Origin: Octopus bimaculoides
Lineage: Eukaryota
Length of the DNA stretch: 52,588 bases
Direction of reading: 5' to 3'
NCBI RefSeq assembly: GCF_001194135.2
Contig: NC_068983.1
Span: forward strand, 75,167,956 to 75,220,543
Both the position numbers and the translations under genes were made by a program. Below, piece by piece: positions 11,048 to 22,798 of this stretch. The notes under the pieces were generated by a model. The model was not told the DNA's origin. It did no database searches and was given only the letters and a program-made list of their open reading frames with translations. Position 1 is the first letter of the stretch, and each line of letters opens with the position of its first letter.

Positions 11048-11938
11048 TGATGCAGCATGGCCAAATCTCAAGGAGCTTACTTGGTAACCACAATGCTCTG
11101 GGTTTAATACCACAGTATGGCACCAAGAGTCACAACCATAGGTCAACCCAAACCAGGTGAGTGTAAATAAGTAGATACAAACTCTGTGGAATCTAAATGA
11201 CTGAATACTCATCACTGAAACTGATAAAGAGCTACTTACTTTTTTATTGATATATATGCATGCGTGTGTGTGTGTGTGTGTGTGTGGGTGTGTGTGTGTG
11301 TGCGTGCGTGCGTGCGTGTGTGTGCTTCCCTCTGTGTGCATGAGCATGCCAGCGTATGCATGCATGTGTACACACACACACACACACACACAAAGGTTGT
11401 TTTTCAGTTTCTATCTATCAGATCCACTAACAAGATTTTGTTCAGCCTGGGGCTATAGTAGAAGATACTTACCCAAGATGCAAGTGGCACCTTGACTAAG
11501 TGTGTGTGTGTGTGTGCATGCAATCAAACATTCATTTAAAAGATTACTAATTTGCCTTACATTTATGAATTTCTGTTGCAAAATTCCTGATGTGAAATCA
11601 TGCATTGAAACAGATATTGTCATAATTCAGGATGGTCATTCTTCTTTTATTTTTTGCCTTGCAAAATAAACACACACACACACACACACTATATACATAT
11701 ATATATATATATTCTTCACTTGTTTATTATTATTGTTCTTATGCTATGTCCATTGTCTGAAATCTTTTGTCACACAACTGTTACCTCTTCCGCGACTCTC
11801 CATCCCATGTGTCTCCTCCTGTTCAGAACAGGGGGAGACATGTGGGATGACCATCCCAAAATATAACAATAGTTTACCTTAATTTCTCTATACAAGTGTA
11901 GTCATTAAAATACAAACACACAGCTATAGAATAGTTAC

Positions 11939-12081
11939 CATGTTTGGATCTGGCTTTGGCTAGACTTAAGTTGGCTTCCAAGACTTTCTATTTCTTGGTC
12001 TTTGTTCCTGATGACACCCATCAACTGGTGTAATTCTTGCCGCATCTGCTGAAGGTCTTTGTCAACATCAGCTAAGGATTC
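11939..12081 (-). CDS. Coiled-coil exon; ESLADVDKDLQQMRQELHQLMGVIRNKDQEIESLGSQLKSSQSQIQT(C)
   Basis: Acceptor tctaatgcttgcag| and donor tg|gtaact. 143 nt, phase 0 in and phase 2 out, clear heptad pattern. Confidence 0.9.
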
Positions 12082-12489
12082 CTGCAAGCATTAGAAGAAA
12101 GACGAAAAAAAGATCAGTGAGTCATCATCACCACCACTAACACCATAACCTTCATCATCACCACCATTGTAACCATCACCATCATCATCATCATCATCAA
12201 GTAGGACCAGTACAGATCATTAAGGAAAGTTGACCTTGATTTAGAGACTTTACAAAAAATAACTTTTACTCTGCACCTTTTGTTGTCATTATTGGTGAGC
12301 TGGCAGAACAATTAGAGCATTGAATAAAATGCTCAGTGGCATACATACTGGGCTCAAATCCCACTGAAGTCAGTTTTGTCTATCATCTTTTCAGAGTCAT
12401 TAAAATAAAATACTGGCTAAAAGCTGGGGTTGCAAGTATTGATGGACTCCCTACTGCTAGCCCTGTGCCTATAACAGAAACTACTGTCA

Positions 12490-12858
12490 TTATTACTTCT
12501 GCCTTAGCGAAAGCAGAGGTATTGTTTCCAGTTGTGTTTGTTTGTTTGTCTGTGGACAAGATATCTCAAGAACCACAAGATGGATTTGGATGAAACTTTC
12601 AGGGATGTGTGGCCTCATGACTGGCACAAGCTGATTAGATTTTGGGACCGATCCAGTACCAGACAAGGATTCTGGATTATTTTACCTTTTTTTTTTTAAT
12701 TTAATTTTTGACGGGTGTTGGGTTCATTTTTAGTATTCTCGTTTGTGAGAGCAGTCGAGTTTATTTCAGATATTCTCATTTTAAAAATCATCTCTGGTTA
12801 ATCATTGAGAGAATGTTAGTGTTGCCTTAGTGGAGGTTTGCACTCTCTGAATGCTCTT
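12490..12858 (+). mobile_element. Helentron-associated non-autonomous element (HINE/DINE-1 type)
   Basis: Starts ttattacttctgcc with a nearby inverted gcagaggt, has an internal (gttt)n/(ctgt) microsatellite, and ends tagtggaggtttgcactctctgaatgctctt. This matches the subTIR plus 3' hairpin layout of HINEs as I recall it. Confidence 0.65.
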
Positions 12859-12869
12859 ATTATTATTAT

Positions 12870-13430
12870 CATATGAAAACTTACAGCTTATTTTGCTGGG
12901 TATGATGGAAAGTGTCAGCTGCCCACAGCCAGCAGACTAAGGTAACACTTGTTTACTGGTCATGCTTCAAGAACCTTGCAAAGAATTCTTGCAGTTCCAA
13001 GAAATGCTGATTTTTGTAGGTGTTCTACCTTCACACTTACACTGATCTTTTTCAGCCATGTTGGTAGTTGAGTGCTGATACTTCCGAGTGCACCAATTAC
13101 TACTGGTATTACATCTACTCTCCTCAATGACCACAACCTTCATATTTCTCACTTCAAATTGTCATAGTTGTTTATTTTTTCTTCTTTCACATTGATCCTG
13201 TTGTCACCGGGGTATGCTATGTCGATTATCATACATGTTCTTTCTTTTCTATCCACCACAACAATGTCTGGTTTACGATGTCTGGTTGGGTGATTGCACT
13301 GAATCATTGCATCCCACAGGATTTTGCAATTCTCATTTTTGGTGACTCCTTCTGGAGTTTGCTCACACCACATCTTTGCTCTTTGTAGGCTGTGATTTCC
13401 ACAAAGCTCCCAATGGATCATTCTTGCCAT
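12870..13430 (-). mobile_element. 5'-truncated R4/Dong-type (R2 superfamily) non-LTR retrotransposon: restriction-like endonuclease C-terminus plus 3' UTR
   Basis: HWELC...ILWD...KPDIVVVD...IIDIAYPGD.RI..KE..NYDNLK has the RLE PD..D motif. The frame continues past stops towards ...LGTARIL. (TAA)n lies on both sides. Confidence 0.85.
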
Positions 13431-13562
13431 TATTATTATTATTATTATATTTATTATTATTATTCAGCATTTGGTAGTTTCAGGCAAATTTCTACTGCAT
13501 CACCTGCTATACCTCCGTGTTGCTGGGGTATGTGAGGCAGATTTGGCAAGGACTGGACAACC

Positions 13563-13799
13563 ATTATCATCATCATCATCATCATCATCATCGTTTAACG
13601 TCCGCTTTCCATGCTAGCATGGGTTGGACGATTTGACTGAGGACTGGTGAAACCGGATGGCAACACCAGGCTCCAGTCTGATTTGGCAGAGTTTCTACAG
13701 CTGGATGCCCTTCCTAACGCCAACCACTCAGAGAGTGTAGTGGGTGCTTTTACGTGTCACCCGCACGAAAACGGCCACGCTCGAAATGGTGTCTTTTAT
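13563..13799 (-). mobile_element. Young family B 3' fragment running into an assembly gap
   Basis: Shares diagnostic bases (ccggatggcaacacc, ctccagtctg, gtcacccgcacgaaaacggcc) with the 5098 copy. Confidence 0.85.
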
Positions 13800-14900
13800 N
13801 NNNNNNNNNNNNNNNNNNNNNNNNNNNNNNNNNNNNNNNNNNNNNNNNNNNNNNNNNNNNNNNNNNNNNNNNNNNNNNNNNNNNNNNNNNNNNNNNNNNN
13901 NNNNNNNNNNNNNNNNNNNNNNNNNNNNNNNNNNNNNNNNNNNNNNNNNNNNNNNNNNNNNNNNNNNNNNNNNNNNNNNNNNNNNNNNNNNNNNNNNNNN
14001 NNNNNNNNNNNNNNNNNNNNNNNNNNNNNNNNNNNNNNNNNNNNNNNNNNNNNNNNNNNNNNNNNNNNNNNNNNNNNNNNNNNNNNNNNNNNNNNNNNNN
14101 NNNNNNNNNNNNNNNNNNNNNNNNNNNNNNNNNNNNNNNNNNNNNNNNNNNNNNNNNNNNNNNNNNNNNNNNNNNNNNNNNNNNNNNNNNNNNNNNNNNN
14201 NNNNNNNNNNNNNNNNNNNNNNNNNNNNNNNNNNNNNNNNNNNNNNNNNNNNNNNNNNNNNNNNNNNNNNNNNNNNNNNNNNNNNNNNNNNNNNNNNNNN
14301 NNNNNNNNNNNNNNNNNNNNNNNNNNNNNNNNNNNNNNNNNNNNNNNNNNNNNNNNNNNNNNNNNNNNNNNNNNNNNNNNNNNNNNNNNNNNNNNNNNNN
14401 NNNNNNNNNNNNNNNNNNNNNNNNNNNNNNNNNNNNNNNNNNNNNNNNNNNNNNNNNNNNNNNNNNNNNNNNNNNNNNNNNNNNNNNNNNNNNNNNNNNN
14501 NNNNNNNNNNNNNNNNNNNNNNNNNNNNNNNNNNNNNNNNNNNNNNNNNNNNNNNNNNNNNNNNNNNNNNNNNNNNNNNNNNNNNNNNNNNNNNNNNNNN
14601 NNNNNNNNNNNNNNNNNNNNNNNNNNNNNNNNNNNNNNNNNNNNNNNNNNNNNNNNNNNNNNNNNNNNNNNNNNTATTATTATTAAGGTGGTGAGCTGCA
14701 GAGCATGCCAGGCAAAATGCTTAGCAGTATTTTGCATGTTGCTACATTCTGAGTTCAAAGGCAAAGGTCGATTTTGCCTTTCATCCTTTTGGGGTCAATA
14801 AATTAAGTACCAGTGAAACACTAAGGTCAATGTAATCAAATAGTCTCCTCCCCCAATATTTCAGGCCTTGTGCCTTTAGTAGAAAGGATTATTATTATCA

Positions 14901-14982
<82 letters not shown>

Positions 14983-16259
14983 TACTATTTTGCATGATAC
15001 CCTAGGCAAATGTCTACCATTATATTATTGACCAAAATCTTTAAGTCAGAAAGTTTGCATAATCCTATAGTGAGCAGGTGTGCACATGTGTACTTATGTT
15101 TAAAAATCCGAATTGTTTATGGAGTGTCTCCTCATGTCATATACCACCAGTTCATTAAATACAAATTGATAAAATAACTAATTAGCAATATGAATTGTGT
15201 TGATATGGTTGATTGATAACAAAAGAACATCTGTGTTGAAAGCTACCTGTCTAGCAGGGCAAAAACTATCAATAAAAACTGATACATGAAACAACCTCTC
15301 CCAGTTTTCTGGTGTTGTGTATGCAAGATGACAGAGAATGATGATCTGTCTAAACCATGCCAGCATGGTTTAGACGAACATGATAACAATGATGATGATG
15401 ATGATGAAATACAAGACTGGTTCTTACACAGATACTAGTTACCACAATGCATTGGTAAAAGACACTTGTCCATACAATGTACAGTGGGACTGAACCTGGA
15501 ACCAAGTAATTGTGGAACAAAGTTCTTAACCACACAGCCATATCTGCACCTAACTTGACAGAAGATTTCTTTTTTAAACTTTAAGATGGGACATTTTAAA
15601 TTTGTATAAAACAAAAAAAGCAGAAATAGTCTCAGACAGTGGAAGTGTTGCATGTGTTTATAATTAATATTTATATAACCATCTTAGTGGAATCAAGCTT
15701 ATGACTGTTACGTTGTGACAGCAACCTTCAGCCTCTATCTAGTGTATTTTATCATCAATTTTCTGATCAATATATATCAAAAATAAAAAATTTCAGGTTT
15801 TTGCTGTTAATGAGAAATTTGCTTGTAGAGAAATGATGCCAGTTGGTTTCATCTTGAAAGAATGAAATAATAGAAGAAAAAATATTTATGAAGCAGTTCA
15901 TAAATCTTTCATGTTTTTGTCATGGAATAGTTGCAGAATACACTTGGATAACAGGATGGAATGTAACATGTTAGTAGCAAAACTAGGGTTAGTTTGAGGT
16001 TGAAATATGAAATGAAAGCTGTTTCTTAAGGCATGCTAAAGAAAAGAAAACAAATGAAAGAGAGAAAATGGAGAAAATTTAATGTATTGTGTGATTGTTT
16101 CTAAGTGTTATATACTGTCCATATTTATAAGTGTTATAAGAACATTTTGACTATATATCAGAGTCTGGCATAAGTTGCTATACAATAATATTGTAAAATG
16201 ATTATTCAATTAAATAGAAATAGCCATCTCAATTCACTGTAACGTAATACAACATGAAT

Positions 16260-17070
16260 GAAGTTTATAAGTAGACATTTTTGTTTCAGAAATATGAGTC
16301 AATTACCTTACAGCACTGCAGAACCTATATGGAATGTTGAGCAAAAGCGCATATTTTGATATTCAATTCCAATTCAATAACTATGGAGGAAGGTGTTCAA
16401 AAGTGAAACACTAACCAAGAGAATGACGAGTGTGGTGTTAAATTAGTTGAATGAGCATGGGTTTTACTAATGAAGCACCTGTCATATTCACCCAGTGTCA
16501 TTCAGGACAGAAAAGTTACAAGCAACACCTCCAGTCATGTCTTTTATGTAGTTCATCTCACCAGAGTATCAACCAAACATCAACATGATGCATTCTGGAA
16601 GGGTTTAAATTTACCCCCATTTTATTCTTAGACTTGAACAAATACTAAATGAAGATGATATTGATCATACGGATCAATTCTCCACAGAAATGCTTCATCT
16701 CATTGATCAGATAATTTTAGATCAATCAACATTTCATTGACACATTCAACTGTATATATTTAAACTGAAGATGACTTTCATATGTAATCAAAGGTGTGAT
16801 TAGTCAAGGTTTGTGGGTTTGGACTGCAAATCACAGTCCCTGCGTATAAGTAGATATTTCCTTTTGACATTCCAGGCAATAACAGATAACCTCTGGCATT
16901 ACCTGACAAGGAGTCATTCATACACTTTTCAGAAGGATAGGCCCTCGAAGATCTCTTGATCTGACCATTCCTTCTGGGCATATCTCAAGAAATATGTCTA
17001 GCAACACAAACTCACCACCATCCAGAAATTACAAATTACAATCATTAATGAATTTGCTTAATTTTACAAC
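16260..17070 (+). pseudogene. Heavily decayed Tc1/mariner-superfamily transposase (maT/DD37D-like)
   Basis: Frame fragments LEQILNEDDIDHTDQFSTEML...IILDQSTFH resemble LVQEL...D...R..F...IIFSDE.TFH. P-SKIS*SDHSFWAYLKKYV*QHKLTTIQKL resembles PRSPDL.PLDFFLWGYLK..VY...P.TI.EL. Many stops and frameshifts; no TIRs found. Confidence 0.65.
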
Positions 17071-17081
17071 TGACTTGTCTA

Positions 17082-17298
17082 AACCTTTAGCATTCAGATT
17101 ACTTTGTCAAATTCAATGCTTATTTATTCATATTGCTTTGAATTAATCATGGATTATCTTGTAGCTTTGAGTTTCTGATGATATGATTGTTTATTTTTAG
17201 AATAATACCATAGAGTAGGTGTGACAAACTGGATCTGGCATGTTTGAACATAAAATGGGTAGAATATTTGGGTTGGGTGTAGCCAGTTAAAGGTTAAT
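17082..17298. mobile_element. piggyBac-type MITE family H
   Basis: acctttagcattcagattac...aaaggttaa. Other copies lie near 20795-21000, 27160-27390 and 44680-44775 (fragment). Confidence 0.7.
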
Positions 17299-18145
17299 GT
17301 TTCCTCATGCCAGAGGATTATGTATGTTACAAGTATTAGGGTCTGAGGAATACTTAGTCATTTATCAATTCAATGAGTAGGCAGATCAATTGACTGTACA
17401 ATTGGAATATGTCAGTTGAAAAGAAGAAGGAGTGTGTGTTAATAATAGATCGACAATGAAGAAGGAATATGAAGACAGTTTTTGAATTTGAAGAATAAGA
17501 ATGTTGATGATGCTGATGAGAGTGATGCTGTTGGTGATGATTGATTTCATGCAAAATTAGTAACAAAAAAAAGATGGCATAGAAAATGAAGAAAAAGTAA
17601 ACATAAAGGTAATCATTCCAAAAAAAAAAAAAAGTTTTTTTAAAGTAAGACAATGATAAAGAAGAAATAAATATACAGAAAGGCATGCAGTGAAATGTGA
17701 TAAAAAATACAACAAAAATATACAGCTGAAAAAAATTTCATAAAAAATAAAAATGAACACCCCCCCCAAAATAAAAATTAAAAATAGGAAAAAGAAGCTC
17801 TCAACAAACGTGGTGTCCCAACATGGATGCAACCAAATACCTAAAACCGATGTTTTTACCTTACAGTTTACACGTGAGAAACTAAGAGTAGCAACAATTG
17901 GGAGACATCAGCTCTTCAAATAAATGAATAAACTCTACTGAATACATTTAGTACATCTCTCTCCTGTTGGTAAATGAAGCACACAAACACACACACACAC
18001 ATAAAATACAGGGAAAATCCATCCTACTCATGATAAAACAGGGAACACACACACAATATGTAGTTCAGCTTCCAAATGATTCCTTTTTTGCAAAAGGAAT
18101 GATATTTTTTTTTAAATAGGTGTCATTATGAAGTCAAGATCATCA

Positions 18146-18149
<4 letters not shown>

Positions 18150-18180
<31 letters not shown>

Positions 18181-18514
18181 GAGTGAGAGAGCAGTGCATG
18201 CCATCGAAGTGACACTGGGGTAAAATATATGAAGCCCAGTATACCCATCATGACTACCCTTCTGATAAGGGTACACCAGGCACATGCATCACAACCATAC
18301 ATGCATGACATAGTAGCCAATCCTGCTCAAAAGGTCCCTGAATAAGAGTTGTTTAAGGATGTTGAACAAAACACCCATGTTTCCAAAGGTGAATTATCCA
18401 AACCCCAAAGAATTCCTCTCAACACATGGCAATGATGCACCCCCACTACTTCTGCTCATGATTAGAGATGCACATATTGTCAGCCATTAAGGGTCATGGT
18501 CAACTGGTTACGGT
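18150..18514 (-). mobile_element. Probable retroposon 3' end with (TAA)n tail
   Basis: A GC-richer block abuts an (att)n run at 18150-18181. There is only one copy in the window, so the family is not established. Confidence 0.4.
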
Positions 18515-18685
18515 CAAGCAAATCTGTGGTATTGAGCAGAATATTTGCTGTAGCTTATCTTTTATACCAAGACAAAACAATATACATGATAACACTTCCA
18601 ATCGGTTTCATCATGTACATTGTTTTACCTTGGTATAAAAGATGGGCTACAGCAAATATTCTGCTCAATACCACAGACTTGCTTG
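18515..18685. repeat. Long inverted repeat / foldback (76-bp arms, 19-nt spacer)
   Basis: 18515-18590 versus the reverse complement of 18610-18685: 70 of 76 identical. Confidence 0.95.
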
Positions 18686-20278
18686 TCAGTTGTTTATCCT
18701 CGTCAAACACCAGAACAGAGACAGTACAGCATTCCTGAAAATGCATTTCTTGCAAATAATGAATCCCTCATCAATTTCCGACAAAGAACATTCAGTTGTT
18801 TGAGCAACTGAAAAACCTACTTATCAAATTAACATGTAAACGGCTGAATATTTCACAGACATAAGTATCCTTAATGTAATTCTATAGTCAAATCAGCATC
18901 ACATGATATATGATAAGGCTGGATCTTTGAATTACAGTGTACTATTCTTTTCTTCCTCCTCACTCCACTTTGGTTGTTTTGTTATTCCACACACTTCCCC
19001 ATTGGATATAAAACTCAAAGCCCACATTATTATTATTATTACTACTACTACTACTACTACTACTACTAAGGTGGTGAACTAGCAGAACCATTAACACCCA
19101 TTTTGTCAGTGAGTTCAAATTCCACCAAGGTCAACTTTGCCTTTCAGGGCCAACAAAATAAGTACCAGTGAAGTACTGGAGTCTATGTAATTGACTTACC
19201 CCTCACCCTCAAAAACAGCTGGTTCTGTACCAAAACTTGAGATCATTATTTTTATGGCTTAGTCAGAGGAGAAAGAGCAACACCCAGGGCCTCTGAGACC
19301 AGTAGAGTAGAGAGAGGAATAACCAGTGACCTACGTTGTCTTCAAACCAGAGACTTAGTCTAAACACTTACTAGTGAGCATTTAGTCTAAATGCTTACTA
19401 GTGAATGGATTCCACTAAAGGTACACAAATAGGATAAATTAAGAACTAAGCTGACTGCACGTAACAGGGTGACCCTTACACACACTATCAGCATATTAGA
19501 TTTTATATGTTATTCAGCATAACATATATATAAAAAAAAAGAAATTTAAGTAGTGTTTCTAAGAAAATGATATTCATCTTAAATTCCAAAAATATTTCAC
19601 CAGTCACAGATAAAATGTTGAGATTTATTTACCCCAACTGTAACCCATTTATTTATTTATTTTTTAATTAGTCACTGTAAGTAGTCACTGGCCACTATGC
19701 TGTGAAAAAGAAATTCTACACTGACAAGGGAGAGTTTGTTGAATCTGTTTGACAGTTTTATCGGGTAACTAAACAAAAATAAAACATACATACTGGACAA
19801 AACATGAAATATATCTCTCTTAGATAAATTACACTCACTCGGTTCAATGTCCTTATACAGATCATCATCACTATCAACATCAATATCATTGTCCATGGAT
19901 TGGCAAAATCATTAGTGTTGGAAAAGTGCTTTGTGTTATTTCTTCCTGTTTTGTACATTCTGAATTCAATCCTGCCAGAGGTCAACTTTGCCTTTTATTT
20001 TTACAGGGTTGTACAGTAAAGAACCAATCAATTACTGGGATGAATGTAATCAACTAACACCCCCTCCCCTCAAAATTGCTGGTCTTGTTTCTAAATTAGA
20101 AACAGTTAGTAACAAAGGGGCAGTGGAGGTAAATCTAGTGGTTGGAAAATTACAAAGACAAAGTATATGCCTCTTGCTTCTGTCAGGTTCAAATCCTAAT
20201 GGCAATGATTTGGGGTTTTAAATAAATAGCCAAATAATTTTCACACAGGATAGGAATCCAGGTTATTACAAGTGACAT

Positions 20279-20660
20279 TCATCATCATCATCATCATCAT
20301 CATTGTTGTTTAACGTCCGCTTTCCAAGCTAGCATGGGTTGGACGATTTGACTGAGGACTGGTGAACCAGATGGCGACACCAGGCTCCAATCTGATTTGG
20401 CAGAGTTTCTACAGCTGGATGCCCTTCCTAACACCAACCACTCTGAGAGTGTAGTGGGTGCTTTTACGTGCCACTGGCACGAAGGCCAGTCAGGCGGTAC
20501 TGGCAACGGCCACGCTCAAAATGGTGTATTTTACGTGACACCTGCACAGGAGCCAGTCTAGCAGCACTGGCAACGATCTCGCTCGAATGTCTTTACACAT
20601 GCCACCGGCACAAGTACCAGGAAGGCGATGCTGGGCACAGGTGCCATCACAATTTCGCTT
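20279..20660 (-). mobile_element. Family B 3' fragment with UTR tandem units
   Basis: Same constant region and (cat)n end. Further - strand copies lie near 23405-23621, 23993-24168, 36300-36500, 36869-37190, 42895-43030, 46871-47190 and 49877-50135, and a + strand copy near 43050-43302. Confidence 0.85.
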
Positions 20661-21432
20661 TCCTAGATGAGTATCTATTCTTGAGACACTGATGAAACTG
20701 AAGTGCCAGCACTATTTCCATAAGAAAAAAAAGAAAAAAGGACACAGTCAGGGTTTGATCATATGTCTACTTGGCAAAGGATAACTTGGGGTTAGCCTTT
20801 TAGCATTCAGATTTCTCAAATGTAATGTTTATTCATATTGATTTGAATTAATCAAGCATTACCTTGTAGCTGTGAAATTTCAATGACATGATTGTTTATT
20901 TTTAGAATAATATTGAAAGGGAAGTGTGAGAGGCCAGAGCTGGCCAGTTTGAAGATAAAACAGGGATGAATATTTTGGCTGGATATGGCCAGTTCACTCT
21001 GCCAAAGAAAGACAGGTTGGTCATAGCTTGAATGCATTTGATCATAGACTAGATCTGGTCAGCCACAGCCAACCTGTGAGCTAAACAATAACTACAACAG
21101 CAAACAACAAGCATTATCACATGTTTGTTAAGGCAATTTTTGAAACATTCTGCCTCACAAGATACCACATTCAGAGGGTACAAATCTGAAATCTTACTAA
21201 TTCTTTAAAGGAAGCAATAATACAGCTGGTGGGCTAACTTAAATAGGGAACCAGTTGTTGTTGATGTAACTTCAAAACAGTTCTGAACAAGCAGGGTTCT
21301 GATCTATGGCATTTTATATCCTTGCAATGTATTCAAGATTTTTTTCGCTTTTTTTTTTTTCTTTTAGATGATAAAGTGTGGCTAGAGGAGAATTTGGTTG
21401 CAATTTCTAACAGGCCAAACAACTATATAGAG

Positions 21433-21715
21433 CAGGGGTTTTCAAACTTTTTGACTTGCGGACCCCTTTATATTTCAGGGAGCCCCTTATAAACGCTTAT
21501 GAAATTTATACATAAATATTTGCTTAAAATAACATATATTTTTACATTTATTTATTTAACAGTATTTAAAAAATAGGTTTATTGTCAATTAAAAGATTTC
21601 GATTAAAAAACATATAAAATCAAATTGCCCATAAAAAGTATTTGCTGTCCACGGACCCCCTGTCTTGTCCTTGTGGACCCCCTGTGGTCTTCGGACCACA
21701 GTTTGAAAACCCCTG
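21433..21715. mobile_element. hAT-type MITE (283 bp)
   Basis: Perfect 15-bp TIR caggggttttcaaac / gtttgaaaacccctg, with subterminal ggacccc repeats. The flanking 8-mers atatagag / atatatat match at 6 of 8 positions (degraded TSD). Confidence 0.85.
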
Positions 21716-22767
21716 ATATATATACTCCAGAAGGAGGTTAAAAGGAGTCAATAGCATTTTAGTTAGTGAAATATAATATTTGAAAACTTCATCTCTTATA
21801 ACAACAGACATCACAAATCAATTGAAAAGTCACTGTAGTTGCTTGGACCTATCAAAAATAGCAACAAATTTCTTCATATCACACCTGGCTGACTCAAAAC
21901 ACGAAAGACACATTGAACAGTGTAATCTTAGATACATGAAAAGATGGGAGGATCATGGTTAGAGTGCCTTCCATCATTAGGTCTGGTGAACCAGGGTTGA
22001 CCTGGAGCTGATAAACAATAAGAAGAAAACCCCATCCCTGATATGTAGGTCAGAGCCCCTTCCCATGCCTTCCACCCACTAACTTTAACTAACTAAATAA
22101 GGGAGCAAAATTGGAAGACATGCATGAAAAGAAAGGTTGGGTCAATATAAAAAAAAAGAATATATGTAATCTACTATATATGTGTGAATAGTAAAGTTTT
22201 AGAACCCATTTGCTCCCTAAGTGACTAAAACCCCTTTCTTTATACACCTCACCTCTGCCATTACCTTAATGTCAGTGGAAGGGCAAGGGTCAGAGATATT
22301 ACATTCATCACTCTTTACAGCAATTGAATTTAGTGGGTATAGGATGGGGAATAATATAAATAGAGAAACATTTCCTGCTAAACCAATGGGAATGAATGAA
22401 TGACATTTGTACTGCACCAGAATTGCCTTCAATTTAGAAACTTCTAAGTAGTATTATTTGTGATAGCACAATAAATATATTTATCATCATAAGTAGGGAA
22501 GTAGGTGTAGTAGTTGTTGTGGTTGATGTAACCCTAGAAAGAACAGCTCCGATCAAGCAGAACTACCGATTTAAAACATCCTGAAGATATTTTTAATTTT
22601 TCACTCTATATCTTCAGGAGTTACCTCATTCCTTTCTATATTAACCAAAATGAAGTAGATTGACAAATTTATTTTTTGAACCAGTTGAAGACACACAAGA
22701 TGTCGAAATATCGTTTACTAGATAACAATGGCACTCTTCTTTTAATTTTGACTTAATAATAATAATA

Positions 22768-22798
<31 letters not shown>

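Noticed and set aside
19839-19900. GTGAGT donor after MDNDIDVDSDDDLYKDIEP (- strand)
   Set aside because: No acceptor, runs into a SINE C copy, and looks like decayed (GAT)n.
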